DNA of 46,152 nucleotides, the filler included, from Jimgerdemannia flammicorona (lineage: Eukaryota), in NCBI GenBank assembly GCA_003990765.1. It is 2 parts of 2 records of this genome, joined end to end, with 100 filler letters (N's around TTAATTAATTAA, not from the genome) between each part and the next. Parts side by side here need not be neighbours in the genome. Positions count along the whole stretch, not along the records: positions 1 to 23,029 come from RBNJ01001168.1; positions 23,130 to 46,152 come from RBNJ01001169.1. One strand, 5' to 3'. A model generated the notes under the pieces. That model was not told where the DNA came from, did not search any database, and was given only the letters and a program-made list of their open reading frames with translations. This document shows positions 11,641-23,615 of this stretch, piece by piece; the stretch's first letter is position 1; each line of letters opens with the position of its first letter. Both the position numbers and the translations under genes were made by a program.

Positions 11641-12417
11641 TGTAATAACTCTCACTTCTACCCCTCTCTTATCCTTTAGATAATTAGGAAAGTGGACTAT
11701 TACTTAGGGACTTAGTACACAATGTGTACCAAGAAGCCTTCAGTTGAGGAAGTGCTCACTTATAAGTAGTTGTAGCAGCAGTGCCTTCTGTTTTAAAGAT
11801 CTTTCTCTTGTGCCCTATTTCGAGGGTCTTGTTCTTTGCTGTGCACAGACTGAATTTACCTTGGAATTTAGGTTCAATGGGTTTACTTAAGTCTTTGGGG
11901 ATTTATATACTGGTCTCAGTTCTGGCAGAAGTTAGCTAGGCTTCTGGAGTTTAGTCAGAAATACTAGAGTTACTTAGATGTCATTACTAAGACTCAGGGG
12001 AATGTATGTGTGTGGGGGGAACTTGATTCTTATATCAAGGACTGAACTAAAACTGCTTTATTTTAGATAGAAACTGGGGGGTATTTATACAAGTTGGTCC
12101 ATGATTTCTGACTAAGTATGAGTGACTAATTTGGTAACTATAATGAGGTTTGTGATCACGACCTTTGTCAGGTAGTTTTTGGCAAAAAACATCTTTGTGA
12201 TCAGGACCTCAATTACTAGGCAATGATCAGCTACTGTGGCAACTATTGCTGTAGCACCAATTGTTGGGGATAAGCTGGATATCATTTTTTATATCATTTT
12301 CACATTGTTTGTCTATTTGTCATTCATTATTCATATGTCATGCTCAATCATATAATGACATCATCACTCACCGGGTCACATGATTGTTTGTTGCTCATTG
12401 TACCTTGTTCTATTACA
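11641..12417 (-). repeat. 5' LTR of chromovirus A
   Basis: Direct repeat of 3300-4076. Differences checked by eye are almost all C/T or G/A. Confidence 0.95.
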
Positions 12418-13259
12418 AAGATCATATAATGGAAAGAGTCACTGGAGTTAGAATTGAAGTACCCAAGGCAACTAGTATAATCTCTACTATAATGATCAAT
12501 CAAAACACACCTCAGCTAAGAGCTATAGAGTAGCAGAGAAACAGTGACCCTATGGAGGAGCTTGCCAAGCAGTTCACCAAAATGACTGCCCATCTAGGAG
12601 ATATAGTGAAGGAAATCAGAGAAAGAGACTACCACCCAGTTTAGAAGTTTGCTGCTACTATAGACAAGAAGAAAGGTACCTACTATATCTGTAGAGAAGA
12701 AGGCCACTACTTCTATGAGTATATAAGTGAAACCAAGTACAAAGCTCAATCAAGCAATACCACATAAAACAAGAAGCAGGCCAATACAATTACCTTCAAA
12801 GAAATTGAAGAGTCTGATGAAGAGGAATAGAAGGCATATCCTGCCCAGACCACTAAGAAAGATGTCTACAAAGAACTCTATGAGAGACTGCCAGGAAGAC
12901 CTAAGAAGAATCTAGTGGAAAAACAGATGGAAACTACTATAGAGAGCTAAGCTAAAGAAATAGACCAAGATATGGAACTAGAACAAGCAGTTCAAGATAT
13001 CATCTGAGGAACCACTCCAGCCAGTGAGAGAGAAAAAGAAAAGAAGCTTTGCAAGACCAAGACCTTCAAGTATGATATTTTCAAAGACCTCAGCCAACAA
13101 AAAGTCAATGCAACCTTTGGTCAGCTTGTAGAAATCTCAACATTCAGATAGCAAATGAGGTTTAAACTTGCTAAAACAACTAAGGAATGAGGATGGAAGA
13201 TAACTGAGGCCAATAATGTTCAAGAAGACTCAGTAGAAGAAAGCAAAGATAACTACAAG

Positions 13260-13640
13260 ACCTCTGCCTATGTAATCTGCCAAATTGAAGATAGAGTCTT
13301 TAAGGTCATTATCAATACTAGAGCAAGAGGATATCTCCTTAGCAAGAAAGCAGCAGACTGCTTAGGTTGGGAAGTTGAAGAAGTAACTAAGTTGGTGTTT
13401 ATTACAGCTGATGGCACAAGAGCCATATCTCTGGGAAAGATTTGAAATATTCTCATCAAGTTTGGAGGAGTAACTATCCCAGTAGATATAATTGTAACCA
13501 ATACAACCAACTATAACATCCTTATCAACAATCAATAGCTTCACAAAGCCAGAGCAATAATCAATCTCAATATACAGAAGATGCAGATTATCTACTGAGG
13601 ACAGAAGATACAAATTCCCATCAATGTCAACAAAGGAGTC
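13260..13640 (+). pseudogene. Aspartic protease of B
   Basis: VFKVIINTRARGYLLSK (decayed IIDTGA), FITADG, YNILINNQ*L. Confidence 0.75.
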
Positions 13641-13964
13641 CTGTCTGATATAGAGGAATAAGAGAGTGAACAAGAGAAAGCTTATATAGTGATCACTCAG
13701 AAAAAGAAGAAGAAAGTTGGATGGATGAGTGAAAAAGAATTGTGCAAGAAGATTGCAGAAAGATATGTACTATAAGAAGTCTGCCCCTATAGAATCAAGA
13801 TATACTATATGGAGCATATCAATGATTACTACCAGTATACTGGCAAAATCAAAGAGATTTACCATCAAAGAAGACAGAAGGCCCTCAAGAAACAGGCTAA
13901 AGAGGAAAAAAAGAAGAAGGAAGATGATGAACCACCAGTCCTCCTGAAGGATGATAAAGAAGAA

Positions 13965-14385
13965 ATCAAGGTCAAAATTCAGAAGATCTATCTGAATGTA
14001 GTTCTACCAGAATATAAGTCAGAAAATGCAGCTGGAATAGACATTACTACAGTAAAAGAAACTATACTGGAGCCCCAGATAACTACCTTGCTCACAACTG
14101 GTTTGGAAATAATCATACCAAAAAACTATATTGAAATCCTCAAGATAAGAAGCAGTCTGGCTAAAAGTAAAATTACCATTGAAGGAGGAGTCATAAACTC
14201 AGACTATACTGGAGAAATCCTACTTATTATCCAAAATCACAATCCTACAATCCTATTTCCCAATCAAGAAGAAGGACTGATTGGCACAGATGTTGATCTT
14301 TCCGATTTTATAACTAAAGATCATAGAAGTTAAAAAGCTAGAGGAAATGAAAAGAGGAAGGAAAGGATTTGGATCCACTGGAAGA
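13965..14385 (+). pseudogene. dUTPase domain of B, between protease and RT
   Basis: AAGIDI, RSSLA, GGVINSDYTGEI, RGRKGFGSTG. Confidence 0.92.
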
Positions 14386-14569
14386 GGAGTATTTGCCAGC
14401 ACCAAGATCACTAAACTAAAGCATAGAAAGGAGAAAACTACAAACAAGTATAGCTACACCATCAGGAATGAGTTTCCACTCAAAAAGGAACTCAAGAAGA
14501 TACTCTATAAATTTGAGGATGTTCTTGCCACAGATTTCAAAGATATCAAAGGAAAAACCCCATACTACC

Positions 14570-15870
14570 ATTATGAGATAAATACTGGAGACACTGAACC
14601 AATTTACCAGAAGGCAAGATCTGTCCTACCAGTCTATCAGGAATGGCTCAGAGAAGAAATTAAGCAGATGAAAGAAGCCAGTATTATCAAAGAAGCCAGT
14701 AGCCCCTGGTCTTCACCAGTAATGCTAGTACTGAAAAAAGGAAGCAAGCCTGGAGAATTCACCCCAAGACTCTGCATTGACTATAGAAAGCTCAATATAG
14801 TTACTAAGAAGGATCACCAATCACTGCCCCTCATCAATGACATCCTTATAACTCTGGGAGATGAAGCACAGTACTACAGCACCTTTGATCTATACTCAGG
14901 ATTTCACCAAATCAGACTCACAGAAGCAGCAAGTGAAAAGTCAGCCTTCATAACCTCAGATAGAACATATGTCTACCTGTGAATACTATTCTGAATGTAT
15001 AATGTACCAGTAAGTTTCTAGTGAATGATGAACAAAATCTTCCACTATGATATAAGAAGATAGATAATGATTTATGTTGATGATATAATTATCTACAACT
15101 ATACACCAGAAGAACATCTGCAGCATATCTAGTAGATAATGGAAAGACTGAGAAAGTATGGTCTATACATCAAGCTCAAGAAGTACAAGTTTGCAGAAAT
15201 TGAGATCTCCTATCTTGGCCATATTATCAACTGAGATAGAATACACACTGATCCCCTCAAGATATAAGCAGTAGCAATATACCCAAGACCCACTATAGTT
15301 ACTGAAGCTCAAGCCTTCATAGGACTCACCTCATATTACTGAAGATTTATTAGAGGATTCTCTAATATTGCAGGTCCAATCTATGAACTCACAAGAAGAA
15401 TACCAAGTTTCAATAGAACTAGTAGACAGCAATAAGTATTTGATGAGCTCAAGGTCAGACTGACCCAAGTACTCATCCTTAGAAGACCAGACTGAACCCA
15501 AGAATTCATCTTTCAGATAGATGCAAGTACATAAGGACTAGGAGCAGTCCTAGCTCAAAAGAAAGACAAAGTAGAATATATCATTGCATACCTCAGCCAT
15601 GGAACCTAAGGAGCTGAAAAAGAATACAAATCATATAAGTTAGAGTATCTTACAGTCATCTGGGCTGTAGAAAAGTTCTACTACTATCTGGCCAGAAGAT
15701 ACTTTATTATTCAAATAGATCACTCAGCTCTTATCTAACTACTGACTACTAGATAACCCAAGAGAATCTATACCAGATGGATCATGAAGTTGCAAGCCTA
15801 TGATGTAACCATCATGCACTACCCAGGAAGAACTAATATCAATATAGATACTCTCTTATGGACATCCTGA
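14570..15870 (+). pseudogene. Reverse transcriptase and RNase H of B
   Basis: SSPWSSPVMLV, RLCIDYRKLN, FDLYSGFHQI, YVDD, YLGH, DAST*GLGAVLAQ. Confidence 0.95.
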
Positions 15871-15949
15871 AGGACCCCCAACCAATAAATCAATAATGAA
15901 TAAGGAGCTCTACTATAGAATAATTATATATCTGGGACAGCAAAAGATG

Positions 15950-17064
15950 CCCCAATATCTGGAAGAATGGACATAAATAATTATCAACAGAATATGGAAA
16001 CAATTCGAAACTGATAGAGAAATACTAAAGAAAGGAAAACTACTAGTTATACCAGAATACAAGAAGGAATAAGCAATGAAATCAGTATATAAACTCAGCC
16101 ATCTAGGAGGAACCAATATATACAATAAAGCAAGAAGAATAATATGGTGGCCAGGAATGGAGAAAGATATCAGACAAGTCAGAAATAGAAACAAGACTAA
16201 CAAAATCAAGCCCCAGGATCAGCATACATAGAACTAGTGCTATTTGCCTATATTGTAATGGATGTAATTGGCTCTCTACCCTTGACTCTGACTAGTAACC
16301 AATATATCATTATTATTATAGACCTCTTCACAAAATGGATAGAGGCAGGACCTCTCAAAAAAGTCAATGCATAGTCAATTACTGATTTCTTTTACAAAAA
16401 AATCATCTGCCAATTTAAGACTCCAATGCAAGTAACCACAGACAGAGGGACAGAATTTGTGAACCAGTTTTTTGAGGTTCTCTATAAGAAGTATAAGATC
16501 TAGTATATTCAGACCACAGCCTATCACTCTCAAGGAAATGGATAAGCAGAAAGGACCAATAAGACTCTTAAGAATGTTATTGCAAAGATCTGCAATAACT
16601 ACAAAAACTGAGATCACTATCTGTCAATAGCATTATCTGCTCTCTGGAATATCCAATCACAAAGCACCCACTTTACTCCTCAAGAAATACTATTTAGAGA
16701 AGAAGGTTCTTAAGAAACTTTATTGTCTAATAGAGATACTATATGGAAATATATAGATATGGAGATATAGAAACTACACCAAATCAGAAAGAAGGCTGAG
16801 GATTACATAAATAAGATACAGACATTACAGCAGAATAATGCAGAAAAGATTCACAAGCCCCTGGAGATTATCAAGATAGGAGACAAAGTCCTGGTATATC
16901 AGAATATAGTAGAAACTTCATAGTTACAAAAACTGGAGCCTAAGTGGGATGGACCTTACCTTGTACAAGATATAAAAGGGACCACCTTTTGGCTACAAAA
17001 ACTCTCAGGCACAATCATCTCTACTACCATTCACTGAAACTAACTTAAGAAGTATCATGACTAG
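15950..17064 (+). pseudogene. Integrase of B, no chromodomain
   Basis: MDVIGSLP, DLFTKWIEA, TDRGTEF, TAYHSQGNG*AER, WDGPY. Ends LKKYHD*. Confidence 0.9.
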
Positions 17065-17474
17065 TCAATGAAGTAATACCACTACCCTCAAGATTACTAG
17101 TACCACCCAGTGAGCCATAGAAAGACAGTGGTGTTCCACCAAGCCACTAATGATAGAGGAATCCTTTGACAGTATCCAGAGTATAGTGCAAACACACTTA
17201 TTACAAATCTCACATTTTAAGACCTACTAGAACTGAACTGAGTTCCAGGAATACTTCAAGTTGGGACAGCTACTGAATTCAAAACTGAAGATGGGAAAAG
17301 AAGACTAGATTAAGGAATGTTAGCTCTCCTATACTCAAATTACAATTACAAAAAGAGTACACAAGTTATTTAAGGATGACAAGTCAGCCTTAGTCACCTT
17401 TCTCTGATATAATTCACATTACACCAACTTCAAGCGATAGTTTTTCAATACAACTCAGAGGAGTGACTATCAAC

Positions 17475-19390
17475 ATGGATGGCAATGATCAAACTGGTGA
17501 GCATACTAGCCAGGGGGGTGATAGTGCCTTTGGCTGACAGCAGGTGGAGAGGAGGGGAGATGGTTTGGAAATACTGGGGGCCTCAATGGCTAGCCAAGGC
17601 TCTGGTGGTGGAGGGAGGGGCAGGCTGAGGCAGAGAGGAGGGGAGAGGTCGACCTTCGCTGACAAGGTCAGAATGGGAAAGATGACTGCAGGCCTTGATG
17701 GTTGGCTGGGCCTGGGGACAGCATCGACAGCGGCTGCTGGGGGACAGGGAGGTATACCCAGGAGAGTCTCAGGTAGCAGGGGAGGAGCAGGAGTAGGGGC
17801 TGGAGATGTGACTACTGATGGAGCTGTGACTGGGGATCTGGCAAAAAATCCAGATGTGACGGCAGCTGGCAATTTGGGACTGGGAGTGGGCATGAGGCCC
17901 AGGGACCTGGCTGATGGGTGACGGGTATGGTATTGGCCCCGTTACTCAAGAAGTTGAGGTCAGAATTCGCAGTCATAATGTGCTTCCAGGGCTTGGCGGT
18001 AATGGTGAGGATGATTTTGGGGCTTGTGGCACAGGAGGCTAAGGGGGCAGCATCGGTGAAGTTCTTGAGGGGAAAGGAAGGGGTTGAGGTGGGGTTTGAG
18101 GAGGAAGATGCCTTGTTGGCAGTCATGGAGAAGGGGGTGATGGTTGGCAAAGTTGTGGTCCCTATGGCCTAGTGCATGTGCTGGGACCCCCGAGTGGTGC
18201 AGTTGATGGTGTTGGACCTCCCGACTGTATCAAAGGAAAGGACCAGGGAGTTGGTGGTAGAGGCGGTCAAGGAGTATGGTGAGATTGTGGATGTTGGGTT
18301 CAAGGTCTGGGAGGGCATGGAGCTTAGAACTGGCGATGTCGATGTCAGGGTGAGGCTGGCTGGGAAGGAGAATATGGAGAAGTCAAGGGACTGGCCAGTA
18401 GTGCTGTGGTGGGGACCAGTGGAGTGTAAGGTCACTAGGGTGAAGGGGACTCAGGAGGAGGAGGAGGACCTGTTGGAGGCTCTGGAGGATCTGGAAGAGG
18501 CAGTGGCAAGGAGGAGATTGGCCTGGAAGGAGTTTGAGGCCAGAATGGTGGTGGGGGAGGTGGATGGGAAGAGGGTCTGGATGGAGAAGGGGGCCTGGGA
18601 GAAGATGCAGGGGAGGAGGATCCAGAAGGAGCTGTTGGCAAAGTTGGGCAGGGGTGGGGTGGGTGGAAGCTCAGGGGAGAGAGTTGCAGAGTCACAGGAG
18701 AGCACTTGGGCTGTGGGGGGAGAGATGGCCCAGGGTGGGGCTCAGATTGGAGTGGAGGAGAGGAGGGAGGGCAATTTGGAGGCAGATGCCAAAATGGGTG
18801 AGGGTGTGCACTCTCAGTATAGTATTCCGGAGGGGGCAGAGGGGGAGGAGGAGCTGATGGATGTGCCGGATAAGGAGTGGGATGAGTCGGTGAGAAGAAG
18901 CACACTGGTGGACCCTGAGGTGGATGGAGGACAAATCACTCAAGGGGCGGTGGAGGCGGTGGATGAGGAGAAGTGGATGTGGAAGACCTTAGAAGGAGTA
19001 GTGGCTGAAGAGCTGGGGGGTGAGGACTTCAGGGTGTTGGAGGAGAAGTATTGGGAGGAGATCCTATGGGGGGAGGAGGTGCCGAGAAAGATGAGGAATG
19101 AGATTCTAGCAGTCCTCCTGGAGTCAGTTGAATATCAAGTTGATGATCAGTGAGAGGAGAAACTTAGGAGGATTGCAAGTGATAGAGCAATTTTCTTATG
19201 GAATTTGAGGAAGGGACTAGAGAAGTGGCATGCTGTCTGCTTAGATTACCGGGTGGATATGGAGGAGGTGGACAGGGTGGAATGTCAGGAAATCTTGGGG
19301 GCTCTGGATGCTCAGGATAATGCAGAGGGTGACTTGGAAGCTGAGCGGTGCTTGGATCTGGCAGGAGATGAGATGAGTATGGAATTATAG
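17475..19390 (+). pseudogene. LINE D ORF1 (putative RRM-type nucleic-acid-binding protein, acidic/coiled C-terminus)
   Basis: Chained ORFs 17544, 17918, 18176, 19205 with one frameshift. YGEIVDV...LRTGDVDVRVRL resembles the Tx1/L1 ORF1 RRM region. Homologues in three other copies. Confidence 0.75.
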
Positions 19391-19421
19391 GTTGAGGCCT
19401 CTATTACAACATTTCTTCAAT

Positions 19422-22400
19422 ATGAACAGTATAACTAGAATTTTCTCATTGAACGTTAATGGGCTATGGGGGTCAGCTAGGAGGAAGTATTTATTTGGTT
19501 GGCTTAAGGGACTGGATGCAGACCTCTTCTTACTGCAGGATGTTCATTATGAGGCAGATGTGGACTTATAGGATTGGACTAAGGAATGGGGGGGTGCAGC
19601 AGTTTGGAGGGGGAAAGTGGGTATTCTTGTTCAGAAAAGGATGGGGGACATTGGAAACATTGGACATTGGGGGTCTCAGGTAGTGTGGGGAGTGTGGAAG
19701 AGGCCTGGATGGGGCCTGCTGATAGTTGGGTCCTGTTACTGCCCAGCAGAGAGAGGGGAGAGGGTGGAATGGATCCATGGACTGAAAGAGGCTGGTGTGT
19801 TGGGAGAAGTTGGGTTAGACTGTATGGGGGGTGACTTCAATATGGTTCGGGATAAGGAGTTGGACAGAACAGATGGAGGGAGAGGTGTGCGGGGTGAAAG
19901 TGGTGGGTTGGATGACTGGTTGGAGATGGAGAAGTTGTGTTCGCTAGTAAACTCAGGAAGATTTTTTTGGACTGAGTGGCGGATGTATATCCACTAGGCA
20001 GCAGGACTGGGCTCCAGGATTAATTGGATTCTAATGGTAGAGTGTTGGAGAGCAGATGTCTGGTCAGCGCTAGAAGTCATATGGTGTCCGTAGTCTGATC
20101 ACTGGGGGCTGCTTGGAGGGGGGAAGTTTGGGGGAAATGTGGATGGGCCTGGACATTGGTGACTAAATTCTTCCTTGTTGGAGGATAGGGTATTGTGGGA
20201 GGGATGGGAATCAGAGGTGGTTGGAAGTATCAGCAGGTGGCGGGAACATGGACTGGAGATTGGGGACTGCTGGAGAAGGCTGAAGGCGAAGGCTCAGGAG
20301 TATTGGAGGGAAGCAGAGAAAGGAAAGTGTACCCAGTGAAGGCAGCGGGTGCTGTAGGCCTCGCAGTGTCTGGCAGCACTCATAGAGAGATGGGCAGGTG
20401 TGCTGGAGGATGGGGCCATGGCTGATTGGTATATTGCGAGGATCCGGCTGGAGGTGAAGGAGCTCAAAGGGGTGCTATACAGGGAGGAGGAGGAGCAGTT
20501 GCAGGGAATGGTGGCCCACCTGCAGTGGCAGGGGCTTGAGGAGGGGGAGAGGCCTACCAGGTTCTTGTCATGGTTGTTACAAGCACGATATATTAGGCAG
20601 TGGTGGGAGGGAGTTTTGGATGAAAATGGTGAGCTGGTGGTGGAGACTCTGGTGATTCTGGGCCTACTGTGAACCCAGTGGGAGAATCTTTGGAGTGAGG
20701 AGGATGGGGGATTGGATGCCCTAGATATTGAAAGACAGCTGGGGGATTGGCACCCAGATCCTGCAATGGGACTTGGGGCATTGGGGGACCTGGTGAGTGG
20801 CAAGGAGATTTGCAGGGTTGTGGCCTCAACGAGTAAGGGGATGACTCCGGGAGAGGATGGGCTCTCTTGGGATTTTTGGCAGAAGATGGCTGGGGTGGGT
20901 GAGGTACTAGAGGAAATGACTGCTATGTATGATGGAGTTCTTCGGTCTGGTGTCTGGATTGGGGGACAGCATTTAGGGCTAGTTTCCTTACTCTTTAAGA
21001 ACAATGGTAGGCAAGAGGACTGGAGGAACTGGCAGCCAATTATGCTTCTCGATATGGACCACAAATTGGTAATGAAAATCTTGGTGATGAGGTTGCAAGG
21101 AATCGCTCAGCAGGTACTTGGTGTGGAGTAACATGGGTTTGTTGGTGGTCGGTTGATTCGAGATGGGACAGCCTGGGTTCATGGAGTGATTGAAGGTGCC
21201 CGGGCGACAGAGGTGGATGGTAGATTGGTGTTTCTAGACCAAGAGAAGACTTATGATAGAGTGCAGAGAATATGGCTGGAGGGAGTGCTGAAGCAGATTG
21301 GTACCCCCTCGGGGGTCTGAAGATTATTAATCAGCCTCTTGGAGGACAGTCAGACAGCATTGGTCATCAATGGCCACAGGGGGATGACCTTTCCCCTGGG
21401 ACGTGGGGTGCCACAAGGGGACCCCTTGTCACCCATATTGTATGCTCTTTCCCTGGAGCTGCTACTGGACAGGATTCAGTGTAAGATTGGGGGTTTGGAC
21501 ATTTTAGGGGTAAACTGGAAGGTGGGGGCCTTTGCAGATGATATGGTGGTCAGACTGGGCTCCTTGGGAGATGTGGGAGAGTTACAGAGGACTGTGGAAT
21601 GGTATGAGTGGGGTTCTGGTGCTAAACTTAACTGGCACAAATACGAGACACTGGTGCTGGGTGCTGGAATTGTTGGAGGTGATATTATTGGGATGGTGGT
21701 ACCAGTGGGTGAACAAGTGTACTACTTGGGGATCTACTTCTCAGTGTTCAGATCTCTTCTTCTCCAGGCATGGTGGGACCATAAACTTCTGGAGTGGAGT
21801 AATGTTCTGCTGTGATGGGGAGGCCAGCATATGTCCCTTGCTGGAAGGGTGATGGTGTTGAATGTGTATTGGATGCCGAAGCTGTGGTATGTTGGATATC
21901 ACTTGGATTTCCCAACCTGAGTGGTCAAGGAGTTGCTGAAGATGGTGAGGTCATGGATCTGGGGAGGGCGGTGAAGCCAGGTTGGTTGGGAGGTACTTAC
22001 ACTGCCCTTGGAAAGAGGTGGGCTGGGCCTAGTGGACTTTGCTAAGCAGCTTCTATGTCTGAGAGCCTGGTGGCTGCAAAGGGCGAGTGAGCTCAGGGGG
22101 CAGGAGTGGGTGCCGCTCATGCAGAGGTTGTGGGAGGTTCGGTACTCCCCATGTGGTAGCTCTGGGGACCTGCTTGCAATGGTGGCCATAGAAGGGAGCA
22201 GGAGGATGCAATATATGGGCTTTTGGTGGGGGGTGGTGGATGGTGCTAAGAAGATTGGACTTTGGTGGCGAGGTGATGAAGCCGAGAAGGATTGGGGACC
22301 GTGGATGTGGTGGTGGGACAGGCTTCTATTGGGGGGTGTTCTGGTGGAGGATTTTCAGCTTGGCGAGGGCCTGGAGTGTCTGCAAGGACTAGGTAGAGAC

Positions 22401-23028
22401 CTGTGGCCAGAAGCCTGGCAGAGGGTTGGAATTGGGGAGGAGTGGGATTGGAATGGACTCTGGCTTTAGAGCAAATGAGTGTGGCAGTGGCTGCCCCCCA
22501 AGTTCTGGGTAGTATGGTGGCGGGTCTTATGGCGGAATGTGATGTTGAACTATCGGTCTGGACATTTGGTGGACGGTGGGATATTTGAGTGCAAGGATTG
22601 TTTCAATGTTGGTCAAGAGAGAGGAGTGGTACAAACACCTGAACATTGGCTTGGTGAATGCGAGGTTTTGGGGGAGTTTTGGAGATGTATTATAGACAGG
22701 GTAGGGCTGGATGCCATGGAGGGGGAGGGAGGGAGGAGATGGGGAGAGCTCTGCCAGTAACTGGTGGGGGGAGTGGGGGATGAATAGCAGACCCTTAGTT
22801 GGGCTTTAGCTATGTGGGTTGGGTTGGCTGGGCATTGGGTCTATGTATTTGAGGAAGGACACCAGGTCAGGGTTGGTGACAAGGTGACCCAGTGGGAGTG
22901 GTTGCTGTTGGACATTTTGAATGGCTGGTGGAGGGGTTGGGGGATGGGTGGGGGGACCCGCAGGGGTCTGGTGCAGTGTATCACCCAGAAGAGTGGTGGG
23001 AGGGTTCGGGTAGTAGGTAATTGGATAG
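19422..23028 (+). pseudogene. LINE D ORF2 (APE endonuclease, RT, C-terminal zinc finger)
   Basis: SLNVNG, GGDFN, SDH, PGEDG, GVPQGDPLSPILY, AFADD, CKDC...HWLGEC. Confidence 0.93.
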
Positions 23029-23029
23029 T

Positions 23030-23129
23030 NNNNNNNNNNNNNNNNNNNNNNNNNNNNNNNNNNNNNNNNNNNNTTAATTAATTAANNNNNNNNNNNNNNN
23101 NNNNNNNNNNNNNNNNNNNNNNNNNNNNN
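23030..23129. other. Assembly gap / artificial contig linker
   Basis: 44 N + TTAATTAATTAA (stops in all six frames) + 44 N = 100 bp. Confidence 0.95.
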
Positions 23130-23615
23130 CCTGCTTCATTTTTCTCAGTGAACAGCATCGGCCACGAGGGGGCACGCGCCCTAGCCGAGTCTTTGAAGCA
23201 GAACACGACCTTGACCTCGCTGCATCTCAGAGGTATGTCAGAACTGAACTGACTGAACTGTGTGAAGCAATGGGGGGTGCGGCTGCGCAATGGGAATCAA
23301 GCTTACGATGTGTGCGTGTTCGCTCATCCCCCCTCTCCTCCTCCTGCTTCATTTTTCTCAGTGAACAGCATCGGCCACGAGGGGGCACGCGCCCTAGCCG
23401 AGTCTTTGAAGCAGAACACGACCTTGACCTCGCTGCATCTCTATGGTATGTCAGAACTGAACTGACTGAACTGTGTGAAGCAATGGGGGGTGCGGCTGCG
23501 CAATGGGAATCAAGCTTACGATGTGTGCGTGTTCGCTCATCCCCCCTCTCCTCCTCCTGCTTCAATTTTCTCAGCGAACAGCATCGGCGACGAGGGGGCA
23601 CGTGCCCTAGCTGAG
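23130..23615 (+). repeat. 213-bp exon+intron tandem repeat (about 2.3 copies visible)
   Basis: Units start at 23130, 23343 and 23556 and are near-identical. Confidence 0.95.

Larger units (their letters stand above)
3300..12417 (-). mobile_element. Full-length Ty3/gypsy chromovirus A (gag-dUTPase-PR-RT-RH-IN-chromodomain plus 3' accessory ORF), degenerate
   Basis: Two 777-bp LTRs (TG...CA), TSD aagac/aagat, PBS, PPT and all pol domains on the - strand. Confidence 0.95.
1543..12730 (+). pseudogene. gag: gag of element B in three pieces (1543-1878, 3111-3299, 12418-12730)
   Basis: MDIRPPVF...FIDNFEQY gag-like start. The sequence continues across both TSD-bounded inserts. Decayed CCHC knuckle YYICREEGHYFYEY at ~12680-12725. 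Confidence 0.7.
963..17400 (+). mobile_element. Ty3/gypsy LTR retrotransposon B (non-chromovirus, dUTPase-bearing), degenerate and interrupted by nested insertions; 3' LTR not seen
   Basis: 5' LTR and PBS, then gag, protease, dUTPase, RT, RNase H and integrase in order on + once the inserts at 1879-3110 and 3300-12417 are removed. Confidence 0.9.
17401..23029 (+). mobile_element. Near full-length L1/Tx1-like LINE D, 3' end lost in the gap
   Basis: 5' end tctctgatataattca shared with other copies. ORF1 followed by ORF2 (APE, RT, zinc finger). Confidence 0.92.

Noticed and set aside
13809..14333. dUTPase ORF as a host or giant-virus gene
   Set aside because: Embedded between protease and RT of element B and decayed like its surroundings.
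17489..21064. Pro/Ser-rich minus-strand ORFs opposite LINE D (likewise opposite E and H)
   Set aside because: Antisense shadows of G-rich LINE coding strands.
19422..23028. High Trp content and frequent in-frame stops suggesting an alternative genetic code or readthrough
   Set aside because: Largely explained by CGG to TGG, CGA to TGA, CAR to TAR and TGG to TAG/TGA decay on a G-rich strand. Stop positions differ between copies.
23030..23129. Palindromic TTAATTAATTAA between N runs
   Set aside because: Symmetric 100-bp artificial linker, not biology. Linkage between the two halves cannot be assumed.
23130..23615. 213-bp repeat as a CRISPR array or satellite; unspliced ORFs 23227-23601 and 23270-23614
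   Set aside because: There are no unique spacers. The exon-intron LRR units explain it fully, and those ORFs are read-through of introns.
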